NCBI GenBank assembly: GCA_963842185.1
Contig: CAWJFL010000015.1
Coordinates: forward strand, 1,233 to 65,232
Length of the DNA stretch: 64,000 nucleotides
Origin: an uncultured Verrucomicrobiae bacterium
Lineage (GTDB): Bacteria > Verrucomicrobiota > Verrucomicrobiia > Palsa-1439
Direction: 5' to 3'
Shown one piece after another: positions 39,802 to 49,336 of the stretch (the first letter of the stretch is position 1; each line of letters begins with the position of its first letter). The translations under genes were made by a program, and so were the position numbers. Under the pieces are notes generated by a model that was not told the DNA's origin, searched no databases, and saw nothing but the letters and a program-made list of their open reading frames with translations.

Positions 39802-39951
39802 ATGAGAGCAAGATATTCATTGGCGCTGGTAACAGCGGTGGCCGCTCTGGTGGGCAGCAGCACGCTAGTACGCGCATCCACCGACATCAATGGTGTGCAG
39901 AGCGTGGTCAACAACATGACCATTGGGACGACCGTATCCAGTAACAAGTAG
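39802..39951 (+). CDS. unlisted 49-aa secreted peptide
   Basis: ATG AGA GCA... read by hand: MRARYSLALVTAVAALVGSSTLVRA/STDINGVQSVVNNMTIGTTVSSNK*; signal-peptide-like N-terminus; below ORF-track size cutoff. Confidence 0.45.
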   Translation: MRARYSLALVTAVAALVGSSTLVRASTDINGVQSVVNNMTIGTTVSSNK

Positions 39952-40039
39952 ACATTGACTCATTGCTGGCTGGTGCATGGGGGCGGTGAGGGGCGCACCA
40001 GTCGGTGGTGAATCCAAATCAAACAAAAGGGAGAATCAT

Positions 40040-40189
40040 ATGTTGTACACAATCGCGATGGTACTAATTGTTCTGTGGCTGCTGGGACTGGTGACCAGTT
40101 ACACGATGGGCGGGTTCGTCCACGTCCTACTGGTGATCGCCGTGATCATGATCCTGGTCAATATCATCCAGGGCCGACGACCGGTGTAA
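40040..40189 (+). CDS. lmo0937-family small membrane protein (49 aa)
   Basis: GGGAGA RBS; MLYTIAMVLIVLWLLGLVTSYTMGGFVHVLLVIAVIMILVNIIQGRRP matches the family pattern. Confidence 0.7.
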   Translation: MLYTIAMVLIVLWLLGLVTSYTMGGFVHVLLVIAVIMILVNIIQGRRPV

Positions 40190-40227
40190 GAAGTGGTTAA
40201 TCGAAGGAAGAAAACTGGAGGTTCGAA

Positions 40228-40455
40228 ATGAATTCAAGAACGATTGCAGTCATACTGGTCGCACTAGGCATCGTGGTGCTCGCTTACCAGGGTATCACTT
40301 TCAAGAGCCCTGGAAAGCCGGTCGATGTCCTGGGGGTGCACGTGGAGACGACCAAGACCAATTATGTTCCCCCCGTGGCCGGGGCGTTCGCCCTGATCGG
40401 CGGGCTCGTATTGTTCGCCGTGAGTGCCAAAGCACCTGAGTCGAGATGGAGATGA
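40228..40455 (+). CDS. small two-TM membrane protein (75 aa)
   Basis: GGAGG RBS upstream; two hydrophobic helices flanking a short loop. Confidence 0.6.
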   Translation: MNSRTIAVILVALGIVVLAYQGITFKSPGKPVDVLGVHVETTKTNYVPPVAGAFALIGGLVLFAVSAKAPESRWR

Positions 40456-40519
40456 CGCGTCATCCACGAATTGCTGGATACATTCAACAATTACAGTGTG
40501 GAGTCCGCGCCGGCGGCGT

Positions 40520-40576
40520 CCACGGTCACTAGCTGACGATTGCCTCAAGCTGTCCGTCGGGTGAAGCCCAGCCCCG
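40520..40576 (+). repeat. 57 nt conserved leader element, copy 2
   Basis: See 39592..39648. Confidence 0.7.
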
Positions 40577-40584
40577 GGAATTCC

Positions 40585-40604
40585 AAGGTAGGGTTTTACC
40601 TTAT
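40585..40604 (+). promoter_or_regulatory. motif AAGGTAGGGTTTTACCTTAT, 18 nt upstream of GT4 start
   Basis: Inverted repeat AAGGTA-N6-TACCTT. Confidence 0.35.
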
Positions 40605-40621
40605 TCGCAAGGTGACGAAAC

Positions 40622-42928
40622 ATGGCGCACACTGCGGCGGACGAACTCGTGGACAAACCATCTCAAATTCGGAAGATCGCATTTCTCGGCGATTACCTGC
40701 CGCGCAAGTGCGGCATTGCCACGTTCACGTCCGACGTGCTTTCCGCCGTGGCGGCCGAGCACCCGCAAACCCAGTGTTTCGCCGTACCGGTCAATGACAT
40801 CCCGGGCGGCTATGAGTACTCCGACGTGGTCCACTTCGAGATCGAGGAGCAGGATTTGTCGTCTTACCAGCGCGCGGCGGACTTCCTCAACATCAGCAAC
40901 GTCGACATTGTCTGTTTGCAACACGAGTTCGGGATTTTTGGCGGACCGGCGGGCAGCCATTTGTTGGCGTTATTGCGCGAATTGAGAATGCCGGTCGTCA
41001 CGACGCTGCACACGGTGCTGCGCGAGCCCAACGCCGATCAGCGGCGCGTGATGCAGGAACTCATCACGCGATCGACGCGGCTGCTGGTGATGGCGGAGCG
41101 CGGACGGCAACTGTTGCAGGACGTCTACCAGGCGCCGCCGGCCAAAATCGATTTCATCCCGCATGGCATTCCCGACATTCCGTTTGTCGATCCCAATTAT
41201 TACAAGGACCAGTTCGGCGTGGCGGGGAGAGTGGTGTTGCTGACGTTCGGGCTGCTGTCGCCGAACAAGGGGATTGAGCACGTGCTCAACGCGCTGCCGC
41301 AGATCCTGGCGGAGTTTCCCGACGTGGTGTACCTCGTGCTGGGAGCGACGCACCCGAACGAGCTGCGCGAGCAGGGGGAGGCCTATCGTCTGCGACTCGA
41401 ACGCCTTGCCAAGAAGAACAAAGTCCAGAAGAACGTCATCTTTTACAATCGGTTTGTGGAACTCGATGAGCTCAAGGAGTTCATCGGCGCGGCGGACCTG
41501 TACATCACGCCGTATCTCAACGAAGCGCAGATCACCTCGGGCACGTTGGCCTACACGTTTGGAGCGGGCAAAGCCGTGATCTCGACTCCCTACTGGCACG
41601 CGGCCGAATTGCTGGCCGACGGGCGCGGCGTGCTGGTGCCGTTCGGCGACGCGAAGGCCATTGCCCACGAGGTCATCGGCTTGCTGCGCGACGACACACG
41701 GCGGCACGCCATGCGCAAGAACGCGTACAAGCTCGGACGCGACATGGTCTGGAGCAACGTGGCCCGGCTCTACATGCGCTCGTTCGAGCTGGCGCGGATC
41801 GAGCGGGCGGTGCTGTCCCGAAAATCGTTTGCCACGAAGACGCTGGACCAGCAGCCACGAGAGCTGCCCGAGTTGAAACTGGATCATCTGGCGCGGATGA
41901 CCGATTCCACGGGGCTATTTCAGCACGCCATTTTTACCGTGCCGAATTTCTCCGAGGGCTACTGCACGGATGACAACGCCCGCGCCTTCATACTGGCCGT
42001 GCTGCTGGACGAGTTGGGAGAGGGGACGGAGCGCGTGCGGACGGTGGCGACGATCTACGCGGCGTTTCTGCATCACGCGTTCGATTCCAAGACGAAGCGG
42101 TTCCATAATCACATGAGTTTCGACCGTCGCTGGCTCGATGACCAGGGCTCGGAAGATTCACACGCGCGGGCGCTGTGGGCGCTGGGCACGGGCGTGGGCC
42201 GCTCGCCCTACCGGAGTTTCCAGGTCATGTCGGGACAGATCTTCGCCCAGGCGCTGCCGGCGGCGATCGAGTTTACATCCCCGCGGGCGTGGGCGTTCAG
42301 CCTGCTGGGCATTCATGAATATTTGCAGCGGTTGAGCGGCGACCGAACCGCCAGCCAGGTTCGCGACACGCTGACCACGCGGCTCATGGAGCTGTTCCAT
42401 CGGACCGAGCAGCCGGACTGGCCGTGGTTTGAAGACGTGCTTTCCTACGACAACGCGAAGCTCGCGCAGGCGTTGATTGTGAGCGGAAGGGCGACGGGGC
42501 AAAAGGCGGTGTTTGAGCGGGGCCTGCAGACGTTGCGCTGGCTGGCGGAAATGCAAACCGCAGAAAGTGGCGACTTCCGTCCGATCGGCAGCAACGGATT
42601 TCATCAGCGCGGCGGACTGCGCGCGACGTTCGATCAGCAACCCATCGAAGCGCAGGCCATGGTATCGGCCTGTCTCGAAGCCTATCGGGCCACGTCGGAC
42701 GCGTGGTGGTACGCGGAGGCCCAGCGCGCTTTCGATTGGTTTCTCGGCTGGAATGACCTGGGTTTGGAAGTGTACTCGCCCAGTACCGGCGGCTGCCGCG
42801 ATGCGTTGCACGTGGACCGCGTCAACCAAAACCAGGGCGCGGAATCGACCCTGGCGTTCCTGCTCTCCCTGGCCGAAATGCAACTCATGCAGAACGCCGT
42901 CACGGCCTTCAACCAGCCGGTTTCGTAG
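40622..42928 (+). CDS. GT4 glycosyltransferase fused to a large C-terminal domain of unknown type (768 aa)
   Basis: N-terminal 400 aa with GT-B/GT4 pattern (KIAFLGDYLPRKCGIATF, ITPYLNEAQITSGTLAYTFGAGKAVISTP); C-terminal about 360 aa not recognised. Confidence 0.8.
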   Translation: MAHTAADELVDKPSQIRKIAFLGDYLPRKCGIATFTSDVLSAVAAEHPQTQCFAVPVNDIPGGYEYSDVVHFEIEEQDLSSYQRAADFLNISNVDIVCLQHEFGIFGGPAGSHLLALLRELRMPVVTTLHTVLREPNADQRRVMQELITRSTRLLVMAERGRQLLQDVYQAPPAKIDFIPHGIPDIPFVDPNYYKDQFGVAGRVVLLTFGLLSPNKGIEHVLNALPQILAEFPDVVYLVLGATHPNELREQGEAYRLRLERLAKKNKVQKNVIFYNRFVELDELKEFIGAADLYITPYLNEAQITSGTLAYTFGAGKAVISTPYWHAAELLADGRGVLVPFGDAKAIAHEVIGLLRDDTRRHAMRKNAYKLGRDMVWSNVARLYMRSFELARIERAVLSRKSFATKTLDQQPRELPELKLDHLARMTDSTGLFQHAIFTVPNFSEGYCTDDNARAFILAVLLDELGEGTERVRTVATIYAAFLHHAFDSKTKRFHNHMSFDRRWLDDQGSEDSHARALWALGTGVGRSPYRSFQVMSGQIFAQALPAAIEFTSPRAWAFSLLGIHEYLQRLSGDRTASQVRDTLTTRLMELFHRTEQPDWPWFEDVLSYDNAKLAQALIVSGRATGQKAVFERGLQTLRWLAEMQTAESGDFRPIGSNGFHQRGGLRATFDQQPIEAQAMVSACLEAYRATSDAWWYAEAQRAFDWFLGWNDLGLEVYSPSTGGCRDALHVDRVNQNQGAESTLAFLLSLAEMQLMQNAVTAFNQPVS

Positions 42929-42940
42929 GCACAATCACTG

Positions 42941-44396
42941 ATGCGGGCCATCAACATCCGACGCACCAATGTTATCCTGCATCCGGACCGCACACGGGTG
43001 CTGCTCCGTCCATTCCTGATGACGAACGACCGGCGCGCGATCAATCTTTGCGCCCAGGTCATGGCCCTTCCCGAAAGCGACGTTCACACGCTGCTGCAAC
43101 AGGTACAGGCCGAGTTTGGGGAGCGCCACGTGAAGATCGGCGAGTTCCTGAGACGGCGGTTCGAGCAAGTCCGTCCCAGTCTAGCAGAGCAACGAGGAAC
43201 CATCGGAAGAGAGGAAGTTGCTGCTCGGCGCGTATTTCAGCCATGAGTACTCGCTCGAAGCGGCGGCGCTGTTCAATCCCTCGATTGTGCCGCACCCGGA
43301 CCAGTCGGACCTTCCGCCGGGCTCGTTGCGATTTATTCTCAGCCTGCGGGCCACCGGCGAAGGACACATTTCCTCGATCACCTTTCGCACCGGGTATTTG
43401 GACGCCGACGGCAACATCACTGTCAACGCGCCCACGCGATACTGCCTTGAGCCGGCGCAAGTGCCCAATACGTCGTACGAGAAAGCGTTGTTCGATCGGC
43501 AACTTCATGAACTGGGTCTGGCGGGCGACTTCAGCCGCGAGGCGCTGCAACGCCTGGGCGACTCGTTCACGCTGCCGGAGCTGCGCCACAGCGTCCTGGC
43601 GACCGTGAAACACCTGCGGGCCCGTGATGAGGAACGACAATCTGCAGCGCGGAAGATCCTGATGCTGGCCCAATCGAATTACGAGGTACAATTTGCGGCG
43701 GACACGCGGCTGTCCGAACGCGTGCTATTTCCCACCACTCCGTCGCAGAGCAACGGGATCGAGGACGCCCGCTTTGTTCTGTTTCAGAATGAGGACGGCA
43801 CGAAGACCTACTACGCCACCTATACCGCGTACGACGGCAAACTGATCCTGCCGCAATTCATTGAGACACCCGACTTTCTCCATTTTAAATTCATCACGCT
43901 GAACGGTCCGGCCGTGCAGAACAAGGGCATGGCGCTATTTCCGCGAAAGATCAATGGCCGGTACGCGATGCTCGGGCGGCAGGATTCCGAAAACCTGTAC
44001 ATGATGTATTCCGACCATTTGCATTTTTGGCACACGGCCCAACTGCTGTTGAAACCGAAGTTTCCCTGGGAATTCATCCAATTGGGCAACTGCGGTTCCC
44101 CGATCGAGACCGACGCGGGCTGGCTCGTGCTGAGCCACGGGGTGGGGCCGATGCGGAAGTATTGCATCGGGGCGTTCCTGCTCGACCGGGACGACCCGAC
44201 CCGGGTCATTGGCCGGTTGCGCGAGCCACTGATCAAGCCCAACGAGAACGAGCGGGAAGGCTACGTGCCCAACGTGGTGTATTCCTGTGGGAGTCTCCTG
44301 CGTGGCCGGCAGCTTATCATCCCGTACGCGATGTCCGACTACGCCACCACGTTCGCCACGCTGCCGCTCGATGAGGTACTGGCCGCGATGGAATAA
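42941..44396 (+). CDS. GH130-family glycosidase/phosphorylase with long N-terminal extension; frame disrupted near 43175-43215
   Basis: ORFs 42941..43246 and 43218..44396 are contiguous in shifted frames; C-terminal GH130/DUF377 pattern NGIEDARFV, FPRKINGRYAML, GNCGSPIETDAGWLVLSHGVG. Confidence 0.7.
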
Positions 44397-44422
44397 GCGC
44401 CGGGCGATGGACGATCGGGACA

Positions 44423-44443
44423 GGGTAGGGTTCTACCCCATGG
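44423..44443 (+). promoter_or_regulatory. motif GGGTAG-GGTT-CTACCCCATGG, 25 nt upstream of ORF 44468
   Basis: Perfect 6 bp inverted repeat; shares TACCCCATGG with 24169..24187. Confidence 0.35.
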
Positions 44444-44467
44444 CACACGGATGGCCCATGGCGTACG

Positions 44468-45538
44468 GTGCACTTGTCCGTGATAACGCCAAAGAAACGA
44501 CATAGAGTCAGCAAGATCGCCCTCGCCGGTCTAGTGGGCGGATTTCTGGCAGCGGCCGCGGTCGCAACGGCATCCGATCCACTGGAGGATGTGAGACAGT
44601 TCAGTGATTTTCCCGCAACCGACCTCCGTCACGTACTCGACGGTGACATACTCGGCACCCGCGGTTCGCTGATGAATTTCCCCAACGGGCTGTCCGCGCA
44701 GACCTGTTTCGTGACGCCGGAGGCGGCGGGGGAGACGGCCCGGCGCTTGCTGGTTTGGGACCCGTTGCCGCACGATGCGCTGAATGTGTTCGCGTATCAA
44801 GCGATGCGCGGGCCGTGCGAGATCACGGATTTTCAAAGCCTGAACCTGAAATCGAACCAGGGCGCCATCCGCTGGCTGCTGGACAAGACGCTGGCGACCA
44901 CGGCCGACAAATCCGATCTCAATTTGACACGCGCCGAGGCGCAGCAACTGGCGAACTGTGCCCGGAACAATCCCGATCCGCAGGAGATCGGGGCCTGTTG
45001 GGGGGAATTGTTGCACGACCGCGCCACGGCGTTCCAGCGGGAGGGGTTCGACGGGCTGCCGCCCTACGAAGCCAACGGAGTCACGGTGTCGCCGGGGACG
45101 CAACTCCGCGAGATGTTGCGCGATCAGCCGGCTGTGGCCCGGCAGTTTGCCACACTGCTGCGGGAGAGCGGGCTGCTGGGGAGCGAGCGGGCCGGGTTGC
45201 TGACGCCGACGCTGTACTGGACGCTGTTCGAGGCCAACCATCACGCCACGTTGAGCCTCGGGGCAATCTACCTGTTGCCGCAAGGCGATCACTACCAGGT
45301 CATGGACGTGCAGTATTACGTCAGCGGCAAGTACTACGCGGCGGCGACACTGAGCGAGATCTGGCCGATCCGCATCGGTGAAAAATCGGAGGCGCTCGTG
45401 TGGCGGGGTGATTTCGTTGCCGCGCCGACGCTGCCGTTCATCAAGGGGGCCGACCGGATCATCTACGGCGCGATCCTGCTTCAGGAAATCAAGAAGGTGG
45501 TTCACTGCTTCCAGGATGACTTGAAGCTGAAACACTAG
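44468..45538 (+). CDS. secreted hypothetical protein (about 350 aa)
   Basis: Signal-like IALAGLVGGFLAAAAVATA; no recognised domain. Confidence 0.6.
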   Translation: MHLSVITPKKRHRVSKIALAGLVGGFLAAAAVATASDPLEDVRQFSDFPATDLRHVLDGDILGTRGSLMNFPNGLSAQTCFVTPEAAGETARRLLVWDPLPHDALNVFAYQAMRGPCEITDFQSLNLKSNQGAIRWLLDKTLATTADKSDLNLTRAEAQQLANCARNNPDPQEIGACWGELLHDRATAFQREGFDGLPPYEANGVTVSPGTQLREMLRDQPAVARQFATLLRESGLLGSERAGLLTPTLYWTLFEANHHATLSLGAIYLLPQGDHYQVMDVQYYVSGKYYAAATLSEIWPIRIGEKSEALVWRGDFVAAPTLPFIKGADRIIYGAILLQEIKKVVHCFQDDLKLKH

Positions 45539-45701
45539 GCGGGCCGAAGCGATTGTTTGCGAAATAACTAGGTTATTGCCCGGTTGGGGGTATGGTGGAT
45601 CAGTTTTAGCGAGCTGCTTCACTCCGACCAGACCTCGCAGCACTGCGGCGCAGGCAGGCAGCACGGCGCAACAGCAAACATCGCTGCCAGAGGAGGTTCT
45701 T

Positions 45702-46100
45702 GTGGCCATCAGCCAGATCAGCCGAGAGGGATTCAATCAGTTCTTCAACGAGAAATATACGCTCGCCTGTGGATTACTGGATTGCGAGGCGTTCCAATCG
45801 TGGCACACGCCGTCCAAGAGCGAGTGGAGGGACGTGCTGACCACGATCACCAAGATGCTCAAGAAATGCGACTGGCCGTTGTACGAAGTCACGCCCACCG
45901 GCGATGACGCGGCATCCAAGTATGTCACGAACACCGGCTTGATGATGAACGCCGTCCACAATCTGCTGGATGCGTTGAACGGTTACGGCGTGGCGTCCGT
46001 GCCGTCGCCGGGGCAGTGGGGTGACATCATGCGGGTGGTGGATGAAACCACCGAGCGCCGCGACGTGATTGACCAAACGGGAACGAAGGGAATCAAATGA
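45702..46100 (+). CDS. hypothetical protein (132 aa)
   Basis: GGAGG 6 nt upstream of GTG 45702 within ORF 45576..46100. Confidence 0.45.
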   Translation: MAISQISREGFNQFFNEKYTLACGLLDCEAFQSWHTPSKSEWRDVLTTITKMLKKCDWPLYEVTPTGDDAASKYVTNTGLMMNAVHNLLDALNGYGVASVPSPGQWGDIMRVVDETTERRDVIDQTGTKGIK

Positions 46101-46318
46101 CCAATGAGACCAATGTCAGCGTCAGTGAACCGGTTGTCCGTGAAACAACTTTCCGCTTTACGGCAACCGGTGGGGGCCTGCTGATTCATCGAATTGCGGA
46201 GCTTGAAAAACTGGCACTGAGCAATTTGCAAAGCGGAAAGTCACTCGACCGTACCGTCACCGAAGCGTTGGCGTCGTTGCGAGATGCGTGTCGGGATGCG
46301 CGGGTCGCCGTTTCGTAA
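46097..46318 (+). CDS. hypothetical protein (73 aa), translationally coupled
   Basis: ATGA overlap with preceding ORF. Confidence 0.45.
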   Translation: MTNETNVSVSEPVVRETTFRFTATGGGLLIHRIAELEKLALSNLQSGKSLDRTVTEALASLRDACRDARVAVS

Positions 46319-46333
46319 GCACGCGCCACGCGA

Positions 46334-46480
46334 TCAAAACATTCCCAACCTCTCCAACGTCGCCTGCAGGCGTTCGGTTGGGAACCCCATGACGTTGTTG
46401 TAGCTGCCCTCAATCCGTTCGACGATCCCTTCGCCGTGTTCCTGAATGGCGTATGCCCCCGCTTTATCGAGCAGTTCTTT
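46334..46480 (-). pseudogene. maf: maf 3' fragment (last 48 codons)
   Basis: KELLDKAGAYAIQEHGEGIVERIEGSYNNVMGFPTERLQATLERLGMF*; DKAGAYxIQ and GSYxxVxGxP Maf motifs; in-frame TGA immediately upstream. Confidence 0.8.
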
Positions 46481-46526
46481 TCATAATCGAGCCGATTGAT
46501 TTGTATAATGTAACCAGGACACGTTT

Positions 46527-48321
46527 ATGGCTACGTTGAAAGCGGCAATTTACGCAAGAAGAAGTAAACAGATTAACCCTGACCAACGGCTCAAGGATGA
46601 AGAGAGCATCAGCATCCCGCAGCAAATCCAAGACGCTCGCGACCTTGCCAGCAAGCATGGCTGGAGGGTGGAGGAGAAGCACATTTTCATTGACGAAGGG
46701 TTGTCGGGTAAGCTGGTGCCTACTTGCTGGGCAGGAGAAAGGGCACAATCACGTCAGGGACTCTCCGACCTTTTGAAAGCTGTGGAGCGCGGCGAGGTAC
46801 AAGCGGTGATCGTCCGAAAGCTCGACAGATTGGCGCGCAACTTGACCCTTGCACTGCGGATCTACGAATTTCTCTCTGATCACAAATGCGGTCTCGCCTG
46901 TACCAGCGAAAACCTTCCTAGCGGGACGGACGCGTCCGGACGCTTCGTTTTGAACATCGTTAGCAGCGCGGCGCAATACGTCCGCGAAACCATCTCCGAG
47001 AATATCAAAGACGCTAAACGGCAGGCAAAACGGGAAGGCCGAAAATTGTGCCGCGCGGCACAGACGCCCGGCTGACAAGGATGGAGAGCGTGGCAAAGTA
47101 GAAATCGACGTGGCCGTTGCCCCAGCCGTAAAAGTCATTTTTGAAATGTATTCGGCCGGTATTCCTATCGGGAAAATCACGGCATGGGCGAATCAGCACT
47201 ATCCACACGCGCGCAAGCGCCGTTGGTACGATTCGACGATTCAACGGATGGTGCGAAATCCGCATTATATCGGCTGTTCCCACGACCACGAAGCCAGGCT
47301 GATACCGTCAAAAGCGTACCCTGCACTTGTAGACAACCGATTGTTTATCAACTGCCAAGAAAGGATCAAGTCTCAGGCGGGCATGAAGCCAAGATCGGGC
47401 CGCCACCCCCATATGGCTTCAGGATTCTTGACATGTGGGTGCTGTGGCAAGACGCTGGCCGTTCAACAGCGACGTGATCCAGTGACGGGAGAGGTCAAAG
47501 GTTATTCTTACAGTTGCCGGTATGGGCGGCATGGGCGAGGAAGCGGACACGCCCCCGCTCATGTGATGGAAAGGCAATGGGAAGAATGGTTTGATTCATT
47601 TTTTAGCACCTACCGCAAGGAACAAGCCGAGAGTTCGGAGGCGTCAGCCATCCGAATCCGCATTGACCGCATAGAGGAGAATATCACACGTCTAAAAAAG
47701 ACCATCGCTACAGGCGGTCAAAGCGACGATGGACTTCTTGAGGAGTTCGCTGACATAGTGCGCGACGCCAACCAGGAGAAATCAAAGTTGCGAGCACAAT
47801 TGAACGCAATGCCACCCAGTCACGGTAATGTGAAGCCGTGGACTGAAATGACCACACTGGAACGACGGGCTGAGTTGAGGTACATGATCCGACAGGTGGC
47901 TGTATTCCACGACCACTGCATTGTCCACTATCAGGCGCACACGAACCGCAGGGATCGAATGTTCCCGTTAATGAAACGTGCGCCCGATGGACGCCGCTTC
48001 AACAACAACGACCTCAACTGTTGGACACCTCGCCGACTCTTGGCGGATGAGGCTGACATCGTGTTGCGTGAAACGGGGCCGAATTGGCAGGACTACGTAG
48101 ACGACGATTTCTACTTCGCCAATCCTGACCACGCCGACTGCCAACCCCCGCGGAGCACGGGGATATTGCGAAGTAAGAAATCCGGTGAGCGATGGAGCAT
48201 CAAACCAACGACAAAAGGGGTTAAAATAGTGTGTCTCCGCGAAGCCAATCGAGAAGACTGCCACTGGCCAAGGTCGCGCCGACGCCGTCCCCCGAGGAAG
48301 CACGCCCCGCAACCAGCCTGA
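46527..48321 (+). CDS. large serine recombinase, frame disrupted near 47040-47110
   Basis: Resolvase domain AAIYARRSK (catalytic Ser), VIVRKLDRLARN; second ORF has recombinase domain, zinc ribbon CGCCGKTL...YSCRYG and coiled coil. Confidence 0.85.
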
Positions 48322-48340
48322 CCATCGCGACACTGCTGCA

Positions 48341-49165
48341 TTACACCGACCGACCGGGCAGATCGTCCAGTTGCGCGGACCCTAGTTCCTTCTTTAGTGT
48401 TTCCACGGCTTGCGCCGCAGCCCCGTGCTGCCTACCACGACGGCGGGTTGCATCCTTCTGCCTAGAATCGTTTACCATGCGGGTGATGACGCGTCTGAGG
48501 TTTCTGCTCATACGGACGAATACTTCGTTTTCGGCAAGTGCAGGATGCACATCAGGCCAGCGCTCAGGGTCGTCCATCAGACACATTAACCGGTACCAGG
48601 CGACCTGCTCCACTTCATCCTCGTGCAACTCCAGCGCCAACTGCAAGATCGCGGCCAATCGGTCTTCTCTTTCTTCCTGCCGCGTTCTTCGAGCACTGCT
48701 TGGTTGAACCCGTCGTAAAGCCCCCCGTAACAGAGGCTGAACACTTTTATCCGGGACGCGGGTGCCTTTGGCGTAGGAGCGCAAGGTTTCGAAAGCAATT
48801 CGAAAGCCTGTCTTCTTGAGACGTGAATGCAACTTCCGTAGGTCGCTACCCCTCAACAAGTCCTGTATTTCCCGTAAATCGTTATCGGTTGCGGCCGGGA
48901 CAGAAGCCATCTCTCCTCGCAACGCCGCCTCAAGTAGAGTTCGGTTTAAGCCACGCGGTTTCCGTCTCCCCGTCAGCCACGACCTGAACGTGGCGGATTC
49001 ACACTCCATACCTTTTTGCGCAAGTTCCTGGCGCACGTCATCAGGGTTCCGGCCACGGCATCGCTCGCGCAGCGCGGTTATGAGCAGGTCGCCTGCATCG
49101 GGGAGCGTGTCCATGTCCACCAGCGACGGCTTCCGACCTAGTTTGGATTTCTGCGGTTCAGTCAT
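48341..49165 (-). CDS. hypothetical element protein (274 aa)
   Basis: Long ORF, Arg-rich, no recognised motif; divergent from replication genes. Confidence 0.5.
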   Translation of the reverse strand: MTEPQKSKLGRKPSLVDMDTLPDAGDLLITALRERCRGRNPDDVRQELAQKGMECESATFRSWLTGRRKPRGLNRTLLEAALRGEMASVPAATDNDLREIQDLLRGSDLRKLHSRLKKTGFRIAFETLRSYAKGTRVPDKSVQPLLRGALRRVQPSSARRTRQEEREDRLAAILQLALELHEDEVEQVAWYRLMCLMDDPERWPDVHPALAENEVFVRMSRNLRRVITRMVNDSRQKDATRRRGRQHGAAAQAVETLKKELGSAQLDDLPGRSV

Positions 49166-49336
49166 TCCGTAACAACGCACCCTACCATGATCAATTTGTA
49201 TAATTCGGCTGGCAATTAAAATGCGAGAACAAGTTTCCAGCCCGCTCCGTGCCGCCGACAGCCCTCAAAAGCTGTCTGGGTCGCTCTCGCTACCTATGCC
49301 AGCGCCGGGGACGGGCTGTTTTCACGAGGAGTTATA

